In this document: positions 50,480 through 63,850 of the stretch, piece by piece | Layout: every line of letters begins with the position of its first letter | How positions within the stretch are numbered: the stretch's first letter is position 1 | NCBI GenBank assembly: GCA_043228905.1 | Contig: JBHGNT010000006.1 | Coordinates: 20,088,001-20,152,000 of the forward strand | DNA length: 64,000 nucleotides | Reading direction: 5' to 3' | Origin: Azolla caroliniana | Lineage: Eukaryota; Plantae; Polypodiophyta | Notes under the pieces: generated by a model | Seen by the model: the letters and a program-made list of their open reading frames with translations, nothing else | What the model was told of the DNA's origin: nothing | Database searches by the model: none | Program-made: the position numbers and the translations under genes

Positions 50480-51720
50480 TGTATCCGACAACACTGGATA
50501 CGTTGTATGTTCCTCCTCTTGATTGCCGGCTATCCGGTTGTCGTTCCCGATTTGTGGCAACTCTGTCAACTCGTATGTGTGGTTCTCATGGAAGGAATCC
50601 ATTTCGTCCTACATGGCACTTAGCCACTCTCTGTTGTGGGTGTCCCTCCTTGTTTCCTCGAAGCTTTCCGGCTCCCCCTCGTCAGTTAACAAGACATATT
50701 CCCTCTTCGAAAATCTTCGGGGGATCCTTCTATTCCTTAGAGGGTATCTTCTTCCTACGTTCACACCAGCCGGCTCGTTAGGTCCCTAGATGTATTTATA
50801 CTAATACATACTATCGGCTATTTACAAATGTAGCCTAAACAGGCGGGACAAAACCTATTTACAAATATGGCCATCTTCGGATGCTTCATCCGGATCCTAC
50901 CGGATGCATCTCCGGATCCGATATGGCTCCGGATCTAGTTTCCTTCTACTTCAGATCTATCTGATCCGGCTCGCGCTTATCCATCTAGTTCTGACTCCTT
51001 CTTATCCAAGGCTAGCTCTCCACGCTCCAATCCGGCTTGTGCTTACTTCCCATCTAGAGGGACCTATTTCCTAACATCCAACAATAGGCCAATGAGCCAG
51101 AAGTTGATCGCTGATTCAGAAGAAGGCACGAGGACCAGCAGATGGAAGAAGTCGATGGTGAGAAGGCACGAGGACCAGCACGAGGACCAGCAGATGGAGG
51201 ACCAAAGGGCCGAGAGCCGATTCGACAACCTAGTCGATTCGGATAATAGTTGACCCGACAACTAGTCAATTGGCTACTAGTTGACTCCACCATTGCCGAT
51301 TGAGCTACCATCGGACCTGGCTTGTACATGCAACTATAGATTAAATTCAAAATGTAATTTAAGCTTACGAGGGAGATAACCCCATCTCATTGTATGAAAC
51401 TAGAGTAGTCCTTTTACGAGGGAGTTTGTTGGGATAAAAGTCCCACTCTACCCACATTGTACTCTTAGTGTGAACACACTTAGGGTTCAGTTAACCTAAG
51501 TATAAAAGTGTAACTAAACCTTGTAACAAATAAGTTCAGCGGGCAATGAAAAATTGTAACTTGAGCTAAAACTGTCTCTCTGTGTAACTGTCATCTCCTT
51601 GTTCATTTTCTGAGTAACACAATGCACTTGACCATCTCTCTCTCTTGCTATGCTTGTTGTTTGCTTGATCCACAGAAAGATCCGATATGCTTCCCTGCAA
51701 CTAGTCGGCTAAAGCACAAA
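50480..51720. mobile_element. Two abutting LTR-like fragments (minus ~50480-51076, plus ~51077-51720)
   Basis: Minus-strand TGTTAGG start with CCGGA-rich repeats and TATAAAT; plus-strand GCACGAGGACCAGCA repeats, TATAAAA at 51501 and CT-rich tract. Boundaries and TSDs not resolved. Confidence 0.4.
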
Positions 51721-51794
51721 CGTTGCCATTAGGAATGACACTCACTAAACGTGTTCCCTGGAGCTTAATGTGAGCACTAGGGCCATTTTGTTTT

Positions 51795-51895
51795 TATAGA
51801 TTCAATGTGAAGCTATATTTTAGAGTCAATGTGAAGCCATATTTAGACACAATGTGAAGCCATAGATTTAGACTCAATGAGAGGCTATAGAGTTC
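51795..51895. repeat. Short tandem repeat, ~22-25 bp x 4
   Basis: CAATGTGAAGC(C/T)ATA..TTAGA repeated. Confidence 0.75.
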
Positions 51896-52254
51896 AATTT
51901 AGGGGGGGAAACAGAGTATTATTACTTACTACAGGGCATTCATAATACATATACATACATTTTGCCATGCATTTTTTATGACCATGATTCTGCCCTCTTC
52001 TTCTTCTTCTTCTGGCTGCTGCTGCTTTTATCTGAAGAATTCGTGGGATAATGTCACAGAGAAGTGCTCTCCTGTAAGCAGTATAGCCAAAACATGCCTG
52101 CCCGGGTATTGCCAAATTCCTCATCAAACAAGCCTAATCAGGTATGATTCCTCAACTCTCCTAGGGTTTATGGTTCAGGATCTATAATGAAAGGGTGCTG
52201 AGATGCACTTCTCACCACATAGTAGATAGAGGTGGGTTAAAATATGACGGCGTG

Positions 52255-52404
52255 TTGTCAGGGGATACATTGAGTGACATATATACACAATGTGGCATGG
52301 CCTCAACTGAAATTTGCAAGTGTTTGAGGATCTTAAGATACAGGAAAAATACCATATTGCATAATGCTTTGATCATGGGTTATTCCCAAACAGGAAAAAA
52401 GTAA
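52255..52404 (+). pseudogene. Possible PPR-repeat gene fragment
   Basis: DIYTQCG...HNALIMGYSQTG resembles PLS-type PPR motifs (DMYxKCG, WNALIxGYxQxG); only about one repeat is visible. Confidence 0.35.
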
Positions 52405-55400
52405 TCGAGACCAATCCAATGACATCTGGTATGTAGGTCTAGCAGAATATGTTAAAGGGCGTACTTTATGATAAAAAGAGAAAGAGTATGGTCTTGTTCT
52501 GAAGACATTGACCATGGCCATGTGAATATCTTGAATCTCTAAGCTACATAGGTTTTTAGAGAGATTTTTTATGTGATTGTGAGATCTATAGAATCAAATT
52601 TTCATCGACAATGTTGTTTTTGCTCATGAACAACATAACATATATTAAACATGTGAATTACGATGTGTCTTCCAATATCTGGCCAGTTTAATTTCTTCAT
52701 GTATTTAAAGCTACTGGTGTGTGCTTGTCAGCATGTCTGTTATGCTGTATTTTGGAATGAACTCTAGTAATTATAATGCATCTATAGCTATCTTCTTTCA
52801 AGCTTTTTCTTCCCTTAATGGTTGCTAATGCTGAACCAGTAACTTGTTTTCCCCTTATCATTTCTAGCCATGGGCTCTTTCACTCACATTTCGTGGGAAT
52901 GTCAAACTTCACCTGCCAATTTTTTTATGGTCATGTTTTTCCACGAATACCTGATGAATTTATACTAGAAATGGATGTTCTTCGCTTTCTAAAATCGTAT
53001 TTGTTCCACCATTCTTCCTCGGGAAATGTGGCATCACTTAAAGACAATAAAAAACCTGCACAAGAAACTCTGAACGCTGAGGATGGAGAAAAAAATGTGT
53101 GAGACTTAATGTGCAACTAGAGTCTTGGAGCTTCGGATTTGAAAGCACCACAAGAAAGAGTTCACCACCAGAAAAATACACCTTTGTATGTTGTTCAATT
53201 ACTCAGGCCAAGCAAGCTTGCAACCAATCATGAAGTTTAACCCGTCGAAATATAGTGACCTACCATTTGCCTGACAACTGGAAGTGAAGAAAGGTTGTGG
53301 ATGGATGTCTCAAACCAGAAACACTTTCAATATGCACTCAAAATACGTTGATAAACATGATAAGGAAGTTGCTATAGTTACATGGGCCTCCATGGTGGAT
53401 CTCTCTTTCATAAAAGGTATTGAATTATGATAAGAACTATGAGAAATTGAAAGAAATTTGCATGAAAATATAAGTTATCCATGTGTTGCATAAATGGCAA
53501 CCCTATTAATGATCAAGGACATGCATAGTCTTGATATATTGTTATTTTTTGAAGAACAATTATCTTTGTAAATAGTCACAAATATATATCTGACAAAGTC
53601 GTTTTTCATCATTAATTTACATAATTGTAATTAAGTTGAATGTATTTATTGAAACCTGGTTCAATATTGACTTTTGAACGATCTGTGGCTATTAGCTCTT
53701 TCATGTGGCTCTTTCAAATCCCAAATGCTCCAGGTCTTAAGTTTCCCACAATTTTGTTTTCTATACTGAGCTTTCAGAGTATATTGTGTAGGATATTGAT
53801 TGCCTTTAGATGATCCCATATCTCCTAATTACTTTTTGTCTTTCCTTGAAGTCTTGTTCAATATTGATCTGTGATTGCACTGATAACATCACAATGAGGA
53901 TATCTCGTCTTTTCATCTAGGTCAATTCTAAACCCTTCCCTTGAACCTTTTGGGTTATTTGCACATTCTAACACCCAGTCCCCGGACATGGTTGAGATTA
54001 GGTATTGTGTTGTTATTGGTAAGCATGGCTAATGCTTAGGATGTCATCACGTGGACCATATGTAGATTGTTTGGGCTATGGTACATATGGGAAGATTTGG
54101 TTTACAGCTGTTACTAAACTTTGAAATACTTTGACCCCAATATATGATTTTTTATGGAGCGCTCACAATAACTACTCCAATGCGATCTTTATCCTCGATA
54201 TTAAACTTCTCTCTCATTGTCTTTCCTCTTTTGCATTATCTTTTGAGGCAAAGCTCTCTTATGCTCTAATATTGCATATGCACGACAATCTCCTTATGCT
54301 CCTCATGAATTCATATGGAAACATCTTGTTCTTTCTCCCAAGAGGTAACCTTTGGCCATTTGACATCTTTGGTGCAATTCCTTTTGGCATGAGAGCATGT
54401 TTCACTAGCAAAAGAACTATTGAAACATTTTAGTTGTAGTCTAAGGAGTTGACGAATTAGTTTGAAGCTAACTTGAGAAACAAAAAGCACTTTATGGGCA
54501 AGTGTTGGAGTACTATGACCTAGTCATGTATGGTCTATTTAGCACCACACACTTGCTAAGTTTATAAATGTTTGAATGAGAGTCTGGAAGTTACCATGGG
54601 AGAGGGTGTACCAGGCTCTTTGATGAAAGAGGGGATTTCCTTTTAGGCAACTATTGGTAAACCTTTCCGGCTTTTGCATCAAGCTTTCCAAAAGAAAGAA
54701 AGAAAGAAAGATATATTAACGTCTTTTAAGAGGCCAAAATGGCCTATAAGACCAAATAAGAGATTACATCTTGAGTGTTTTCTCGTCTTTGAGAACAAAT
54801 CAAAATAAAATAAATATTACACAGTAAATATAAAAGTAAATAAGATGAAAAGAGAAGAAATGAGGGAATCTAGTTTTTGGCACATGTGAGATTCTCAAGT
54901 TAGGTATATTGTAGCTTTTGTCTTTGAAAGATCTCTAGCATAGGTCGATCCAGAATGGAAATGTCTCCAAAGTGAGGGAAGCACCTACAATGGCGGGAGA
55001 TAATGGCTTTTATCTGTCGATGACAAGGGTGCGAGGTCGTGGTCCATGGGGCCGGGGCCTACGTGCACAGCAAATTGCTATTGCCCGATCAATTGTAACT
55101 CCTTTGTTATGTCCTGGTCTGGGGCCCATTTGTGTATCCTGTGATTGGCTTGTAGCATTAGTAGGAGTGATGGAGCTAAAGAAAGTTGTGATCGTTCTTT
55201 GTGGATGAGCTTGTGTGGTTGTATTCTTCAACAACTTTTCCCGATGTCTCTTGAGCTCTAGCAAGAAAAGTCCTAGGCATTATTGGTCCTCATATTCCAT
55301 TACCTTGCGTAGTGGACCAAAGCCTTGTTTAAAGAGGCAATGGTATCTCCTTCTGATTTCATAAAAGACACTACAATGACAAACATAGTGTTCCTTAGAT

Positions 55401-56035
55401 TCCACTCCTTGATGACACAATTGGCAAATTCTCTCTTCTAGAGGTAGTCGTGTATATATGCCTACCTCAATCTGTAGTTGATGTGATGAAGTTCGCAGCT
55501 GCCCTATCACACTATGCAGCGCATAGGATAGATGTATGTCCATATCAGGTGGCCTGATAACGAATTCATCCTCCGATATATGTAAGAAGTTTGTCGTATA
55601 GTGGGCCATCTTTGTACCAAGTGGTATTTTGGGGCTGATCCATGTTATCTTGTTTTCCAAGTTAATAATATCAGTTTGGATCACTTTGTTCTTTTCCACT
55701 TTGGTCATATTTAGATGGGGACAGTCCAAGCTATAGTGGAACGGGGGTAGTGCATTTATACTCATGCCATGTGACTCGAACCATTGCTGCATTTCAGAAT
55801 ACCAACAATGAGTGTCTCCATTTTCAGCCAGTTGTCTTGATGACATAAGTGCCAACCTTGGGTACCTTCGTTTAGGGAGCTCCCAAAGACGTTGGATAAA
55901 TGTCATTGATTGGAACAATGCCTCGGTTATTATAGGTGCTGCTCCCATCTCTGCCTGGATTATATCGTGGGGCACCGATGCTTTGCTCCTTATCAGGCGA
56001 GCAATCATTGACACTAAAGGTCTCTCTAAATCTTT

Positions 56036-57737
56036 TTTAAGATTGCTTAAAGTGTGCGGCACTTCATCGGGGGTTGTTTGGGGTGGACTCAAGTTTAGAT
56101 CTTATTTGTATGTCTAAACATAAGTAGTGATATAGTTTTAGAAGAATAGAAAAGTGAGGGCGTGGGTGGGGATTAGGGGAGTGTAGCTTATTGAAGTTAT
56201 CAAAAGTATTTAAACCTAATCAAAGCTTTTAGAACATATTAAAGATCATTGGGATAACTTAAGTTATTAGACACCAATAAAGTACTATTAAAACACCAAT
56301 ATAGAGTATTATTAAAATGGGACCACACACTTAGATGAACGGGAGTTGTTTAAACACACGCTTAAGCAAACACTTAAAAGAAAGATTATTATAAAAAAAT
56401 AAAAATAAAAATAGAAAAGAGAGATTGAGATTAAAAAATGATTATGGTTAAGAAGGGATTATGATTAAGGGGGAAGGGGTTGCTAAACAAAGTACTTAAA
56501 CGAATGTTTAAACAAATATTTAGATAAGAAAACACTTGGGCAAACACTTAACGCAAGGTTATGATTAAAAGAGAAGGGAGGGATTATGGTTAAAGAAAAG
56601 GGGTCATGGTTGAGAAGAGAATGATTATGATTAAGAGAGGAGAATACTTAAACAAATGTTTAAACAAAAAGTTAAACCTAAAAATGATTGAACAAGTACT
56701 TAAAAAAAAAGGGGTTAAACAAGTACGTAATAAAAATGATTATTAAACAAGTACTTAATAGTAAATGATTAAATAAATACTTAAAAACTTAAGACAAAAA
56801 AATTTGATAAAAAAGTGATTAAACAAGTACTTAATAAAAATTTATTAAATAAGTACTTAAGAACTTAAGACAAAAAATTAGATAAGAGCAACACATAGAA
56901 GGAAAGAAAGTTTTACTATCATAAGGCAACGATCGGCGAATGCATTTCGCCTCGATGGAGGCTCTTCAGTGCCCGATGTACAAATGATGAAAACTAAGCC
57001 TACTAGGTTGCTCTTTTTATAGGGAGAGGGAGGAGAGTCCTTTGTATGTGGGACATACAAAAGTGTGTACAAAGGGGAGGTAAAAGAGTGTACACAAGAC
57101 TTTAGGTGGGGGTTAAGAGGGGTGAGAGTACATAAAACATTAGGTGGGGGGAAAGGATGCGTGTACTAGGTGGTTTCTTAGTTTTTTACCATTTAGCCAA
57201 CACGTGAGAGGGGGTGTAAGGGAACTGTATTGTGGTTGTCCTAGAAGGGGTTTAAGTTTGTTTCTCACGAGCGCTCCGATTTGGAGTTTTTTGATACATG
57301 GGGTGTAACGAAGCTTAAAAACAATGGGTGGAGGTTTTTTGTTGTTGGGTTGGTTAGAGAGTAGTTGGTTTCGTATGGAGTAGGGGACGGTCGAAAAACA
57401 CTTGAGTAGGAACTTCGATGGGTAGCCCCTAGCTCTTAGGCGGTCGTAGCCATTTTTTGAGCTCTCCCGGATAGCATACCGTTTTAGTTCTCCCGTGATG
57501 AAGCCCTTTTTGTGTGCTATGGGGTGCGAGGATTTCCACGGGAGGTACATGTAGGCATTGAGAGGTTTTTGGTGGCATGCGGTGTCAAGGATGCCGAATT
57601 CTTTAAAGTATGGGCCTTTGAAGAAGACGACGTCTAGGATGGTGATCTCTTTAGGGGAGGTTGTTGATTCAATACGGATGTGTTGTTGTAGAGGCACGCC
57701 GTATTGGTGTAAGAAGGTGTGAAGTGTATCGGGGGAA
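56036..57737 (-). mobile_element. Penelope-like element fragment (RT thumb/C-terminus, UTR, possible start of the next tandem unit)
   Basis: ITILDVVF...HQKPLNAYMYLPWKSSHP..HKKGFITGELKRY...LRARGYP...KLRNHLVHAS*. Hammerhead motif and AAACAAGTACTTAA repeats in the UTR. Flanked by a 269-bp duplication of LINE sequence. Confidence 0.85.
56932..56977 (-). ncRNA. Minimal type I hammerhead ribozyme
   Basis: Minus strand ATCGGGCA-CTGAAGA-GCCTC-CATC-GAGGC-GAAA-TGCA-TTC-GCCGAT: CUGANGA and GAAA core, 5-bp stem II, palindromic AATGCATT at stem III, UUC cleavage triplet, ATCGG/CCGAT stem I. Confidence 0.85.
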
Positions 57738-60171
57738 CCATGTGACTCGAACCATTGCTGCATTTCAGAATACCAACAATGAGTGTCTCCATTTTCAGCC
57801 AGTTGTCTTGATGACATAAGTGCCAACCTTGGGTACCTTCGTTTAGGGAGCTCCCAAAGACGTTGGATAAATGTCATTGATTGGAACAATGCCTCGGTTA
57901 TTATAGGTGCTGCTCCCATCTCTGCCTGGATTATATCGTGGGGCACCGATGCTTTGCTCCTTATCAAGCGAGCAATCATTGTCACTAAAGGTCTCTCTAA
58001 ATCTTTCCAATGATTTGACTTGTTAAGACTCGGTTCCCATGTTTCTACTCCATAGAGAAAAGTTGGTGTGACTAGTGTATCAAATAACCATAACTTAGTC
58101 CGTGGCACTTGGAACAGCAAATGTGCACATTGTCTCTCAAGAGCACCAAGGGCTGCATATCCACGAGAAAGTCGGGCACAAGCAGCCTCCAGTAAGGAGA
58201 ACCTAGGTCCTGTAAATGTTACTCCTAGGTATGTGTAGGAGCGTGTGTATTCCACCTTTTCCTCTCCCAAGAAGAATTCTGGTTCTGATCTTGTTACCCA
58301 TGCTTGAGTGGTGTTAAACTCCATCACTTTAGTTTTGTCCATGTTGATTGACAAACCTTTGTCCGTACAAAATAGTTTTAAGGCATTTAGATGTCTTTGT
58401 AGTCCCTCCGGAGAGTCAGAAATCAGCACAATGTCATCAACATATAGTAATATTTGTATAGCTATACCTGCTAGGTGTGCTCCGGAACCCCCGAATCTCT
58501 CTATGTAATGTGATACCTCATCTATATAGAGACCGAAGAGAGTGGGGGATAATGGGCATCCTTGCTTCACTCCAATTGTGCTAGCCACCGCCTCAGACAA
58601 GCCCTTGGAAGACCGGACTTTTCTTGACACGGATTCATAGACTGCATAGATTCCCCATTGCATATATGTAGGAACACCAAGGGCTTCTAGCCGCTGCATA
58701 AGCTGTGCACGTGGCACAGTGTCAAAGGCTTTTCGGAAATCCACAAAGCAACAATAAATCCTCTTATTGTGGGCTCTGCCCTCCTCAATAAGGGCCCGGA
58801 GGGTGAATATGTGATCCAAAGTTGTGAAACCCTTCCGAAAGCCTGCTTGTCCAACTAAACGACAGCCATTCTGATTTGCCCATATACTCAATTCTGATTC
58901 TAGAATTGACCCATATAGTTTAGCCAAAAAATGGCCAATTATGATTGTCCTATAGTTGCTTGGCATCATGGGGTCTCCACTCTTGAGGATTGGCACAATG
59001 GTATGCTGAGTCAATCTAGTAGGGAAATTGTCACACATGGCTCTATTAAAGATGTGTGCTAGCAATGGGACCAAGGTGTCACGGGCATAGATAAAGTGCT
59101 CACCCACCAATCCATCATGATCTTGGGCCTTCCCAAATTGTAGCCGATCAATGGCATTTCTTACATTTTGTGGTGTAAAGAAGGTTGATTCATGTGGGTG
59201 TGAGGCATTCGGGTGGGGAAGAGGAGGTTGCCCCGGGATATCATATAGAACCTTTGCATATTCATGCCATACCTGTGCTGAGGTTAATTGTGTGGTGGGT
59301 TGCCTCTCATTAAAGATTTTCCATGCTCTTTTACTCCCTTGTCCTAGAAACAAGCTATACAAATGATCTTCAAATTTAGCCAAATACAATCTCTTCATCC
59401 TCCTTATGAGGCGTTGGAAGGTTGCTCTCGCTTGGTTGTGTGTATAAATGCCCCGTGTTACATCACACTGCAAGCATCTCCTTGTATCACGACATTCCTC
59501 ATCATACCAACTATTTTGTATTACTCTACCAAGTTTGCGGGGATTGGCTGATGTGTGAGGGAAGGCATTTGTGGCTGCTTTATGCAGTGATTTGGACAAT
59601 CCTTAGGTAAGCTCTTCAAGGGGTGCGAAAGGATCCAAATCTACCATGCCATTGTATACACTACAACTATACACATCAATTGTCTCACGAGTAAATAGAT
59701 ACTTAGCCAGCCCACACTCCTTAGCATATACATCCTTTGTGCATCCATCCTTTACCTCGAAGCGTAGATGTGCATGATCTGCTGCCAAGCCAATAGGTCT
59801 ACCCGATATTGTGAACATTGTTATTTCAGGTATAAGAGATGGAGATCCCATTAGATAATCGATTGTGCTTGCACCCCCAAGTTTAGAGGATTCCATTTTA
59901 CACTTTCTTCAATTGTATTTGCCTGAGGTTGACATGTATTAGATCCATCAATGGGAGCTTCTAGAGGCAATGTCTCCACCTACATTGGAGTGTTGGCTTG
60001 GCTTGATCGTATAATTCGGAAAGAGTTTCAATCCTTTCAAAAAAATTAGTGCAAGAACTTCCATAACTTGAATATAGTGTCAAAACATTCAAGTTATAGA
60101 CCATATTTGGAATGTACTTGTAAAACACCTTCCAATGATGTAACAACATGATGGTGTTTTAACAAAGTCAT

Positions 60172-60629
60172 TGTCACGGACACACCAACCGTAGACTACG
60201 ACGGAGCACAGATGACGAGGCTACGATCCATAAGGCTACGAACGTGGAATTGAAAGTGACGAGGCTAGGAACTCTTGAAGCTGTGAGTGATGAGACAATG
60301 AACTTAGGAAGCTATGGAGAGCATGAAGACAAAGAGGAAGAAGGAGACAAGATAGAATTAATCAAGAATATACTAGATTGATGTGTCAATGATTGGTGTT
60401 AAATCCCCTGAAAGGGACCAAGGAGGTTACAAGTATTTATACATGTTTCGAGAGTGAATATCTCTAGAATATACTCGAGAAATATCTCTAAAATATACCC
60501 GTATAGAATATATCGTACAATATTTCTAGAATATACTAACGGCTAGAATATTCTGATTCTAAAATAAACTATATGCTAGACTATATCAATCCTCACCAAC
60601 TATGTATTTCATGTCACTATGTGGTGACA
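60172..60629 (-). mobile_element. Probable solo LTR
   Basis: TGTCAC...GTGACA inverted termini, degenerate TSD GTCAT/ATCAC, minus-strand TATAAAT at ~60440, TCTAGAA repeats. Confidence 0.65.
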
Positions 60630-62949
60630 ATCACCATCGGGTTTGCTGAATCCAATGTAAGAGGTGAGTCTATCATTGCTCAACCAAGACCAGATTTTCT
60701 ATGTCATGTCCGACAAGGGACAGAATACCATGGGAACATCATTAAATCCATTAGTGGGCAATCTTGGAGATATTGTTTCCTTCTCACTCATTTTATTCTC
60801 AAAGGTATTGTATATTATACAACCCTTAAGTGATAAAATCACAAGATAACTAACAAAAGATAAAAATAATAACTAGTTGTAATGACCATGTTGGAGAGCT
60901 TGTTTGTTCATTATAGCACCAAATAACAAACAAACACTTCCTTGGGTGCAAAAAACCCATAGAATATCTTTATTTCTAGAGACGTGTAGAAGAACTCCAT
61001 TGCATTATAACCCTCCATCCAATGTTCCTTTACATATGCCATCCAAGGTCCATGTTTTACCAAAGCAATTGAGTTTTTGCTTCTACTCTTGAGATTGTTG
61101 AATATAGTTGATTAAGATTCACTTATGGTTGGGGAATTTGTCTATGGAACACGAATATTTCTTGCATCAGCAACATTTGTGTACTTTGACAACCATCATG
61201 ATAATTGAGCATCTTGTATTTCCCTAGGATTGGTGGGAGTTCCAATCTTCATGGCTCTTGCGAGATTACTTGGCATTGTACAATTGGGCTTCCTTAATTT
61301 CTAGTTCGTCCTTAATTGATCACACAATTGATGTAGCTCTTTTGCTGTTTTTCCACGATCTACTTGGTTATTAGATGATCCATTGGTGTAGGTTTGTGGA
61401 GGAAAGAAGACGAGCCTATTTTTTGCCTTGTGGAGATTTCTTGGCAGGATCATTGAGCCATGCCAAAATGCATGTTTGTAGAGTTGTGCTTTCCTCTCAA
61501 CACTTATACAATTGAGCTTCCTGGATCTGTAGTTCATCCTTAATTTATCAAATAATTGATGTTGCTCTTTCATCGTTTTTCCACGATCTTATTGGCTATT
61601 AGATTATCCATTTGTGCAGGTTGCAGTGGGCAACTATAGATCATTTCCCAACTTAATTTTGGCTTTGTAGAGGAAACAAGATTAGCTTTTTTTTTTGCCT
61701 CACGAACAAAGCTTGATACCTATTTGTGAAGAGTCATCGTTGTCGTGACATGGTTGGGTCACGAGGAGAAAGTAACCAAGGATCAAGGAGAAAGTCACCA
61801 TAGGATCTGCATGTATTAATGAAGGCTACAATGAAATGTGTTCATAAGGAAGCCAGGGCAAACATGTACAATTTCAAACACTAGTTTAATTTGTTAAGTA
61901 AAAATGGCTATCAAATAAAGGGTTGCAAGTTCATGTTGCCTTGGAACCAAAAATGCCAAAAGTCACTTTTGGAAAGCCATAGGTTTAAACGTGACTAGTA
62001 CACCCCAATGCAAGATAAGAATAGAAAACACTGAGTTGGGAAAAGCGGAAAAACATCTAAGCCACTATTAGAGGAGGCCTAGACTAAAATTTTAGAGTTC
62101 TCTTCTCTTCTTCTTTAAGCTCTTGGGTAATTTGGGGTTTTGTGAGAAAGAAGGTTTTTTCCCTTGTGTTTTCTTCTTTAGCCTCTTTTTTGTAATGTGG
62201 GTTTAGGGTGGCGTATTTATTTTCAGTGATAGAAAGTGATTGTCTTCAACGTGATAGGATTGGAGGTGGAAAAGGATCGACTAGGTGTACATGCCCCTTA
62301 GTCTCCAATTGCGTCAAATTTGTTCTTGTTAATCCCCCTAAATTCAAGCTTATTGTAATTGTGGGTTCTATAACCGCCTTCTATTCTACTTTCTTTCTTG
62401 ATTCAATATTAATTTAATTGACTTGAGATAATCCACCCTTGATCTAAGTTTGGTGTAATTGTGGGAATTTATAACTAACTTTCCATCTTCTTGTTTCTTG
62501 TATTGAGTCGATATAATCAATTTGTGTTATTTTGTGAGTTTTTGTGATTTGTGAGTTTTTGTGTTTTCAACTTGGAAACCGCATAGGGGATTGGGTACGT
62601 TGGTTGATTTGAATGGGTGTGTTAGTGTATTAATGGAAAATTTATGATTTCATGAGAGCCCAATTGTTCTTCTTGATTATCCTCGCATTATGTTGCAGGC
62701 AACTAGCTTAATGGGGCCTACTACTGACTACTAAATGAACTCCACAAAATTGACTGCTAAATGATGACTTCACAAAATCAACAACTACTCAAATGACGAA
62801 TCCACAAATTGCGTCAATCCTGGTAGTTGATCCACTCATAGTCCTAATGGGCCTCATATTTTCAATCATCTCTATAATAAGCACGATATGGGAAAAGTTA
62901 GTGCGGTCTCAACCCAAAGTGTTCTTTAAGGGAAATTGATGGTTTGGTT

Positions 62950-63850
62950 GAGCCTCACATTGTGATAGTTGAGCCTAGCCACTTAGGCATGGTGGACGGG
63001 TTCCATGTGGTGAATGCTGGTGGTAGTTTTGGCCAAAAAGTTGTAATCACAACACTCAATGAGGTGTGTGCAAGAGTGGCACATGACAAATTGTATTCAT
63101 AAAAGAAAGTCGGTTTCAAAATGATTGAGGTTGTGGCAGATTGTGCTTTGTATTGCATTCCAAAACCAAACTTCATCATCATCCATGAAAAGAGCCTTGT
63201 TAAGGGTGTGACTAGTCTATTCACAATCATACAACGTGTGGCAATGGGTGGCTATTATGAATTGCAACACAAGCCACACCTTAAGTGATGTTTGAAAGAG
63301 CCAAGTGCACATTAGAACTCATTACAATAAATCAATCTCTTAAGTAGGTTACAAGAAAGCAAACTATCTAAAGAAAAAGAATGGGGTACACTCAATTTTG
63401 TGGCAAGTAGCAAGAAGTCACAATTGAGCAACACTAATCCAATGTAAGCTCATGAAGAAGTAACTCTTTGAAAGAGAAGGGCTCCTTTATATTTGTGGTT
63501 AATGTAGCATTTGGAGTCTTTTCATGGAATCCTGAAATGTCATTGCTATCTTGCAAGCTTCTAAGGACCTACACAATCCTTCTGTCAAAAGTTTTGTAAC
63601 ATGGGGCTGGAAAGCCCATTAATGAACCGACTCATTAAATTTTTCATTTCTACTTTTGTCCCCCAGTTCACGTTGATTAATCTTTTTATGCGCCTAATGT
63701 AATCATGTATGGTCTCCTCCATGTTTTGCTTGAGTGAGAACAATTTATTTACAAGTTTCAATTTGGTTCCTTGTCCTACAAAGTTGGTGAGGAACTCCTT
63801 TCCATATGCGAAGTCCGTCCTATAGAAGATGAGATAGACGATTAATCTGT
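62950..63850 (-). pseudogene. Heavily decayed gypsy gag/protease-region remnant
   Basis: FSLKQNMEETIHDYIRRIKRL (~63680-63740) matches the gag Q...E....Y..R motif. The rest is too degraded to assign. Confidence 0.45.

Larger units (their letters stand above)
54690..59890 (-). mobile_element. 5'-truncated LINE (APE remnant, RT, CCHC finger, 3' UTR, (TTTC)n tail) interrupted by a Penelope-like insert
   Basis: STIDYL/ADHAHL endonuclease end, QAGFR, FVDFRKAFD, GVKQGCPLSP, LYVDD, YLG, CQLC..ESKEHYVCHC. Microsatellite tail at 54690-54710. Confidence 0.93.
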
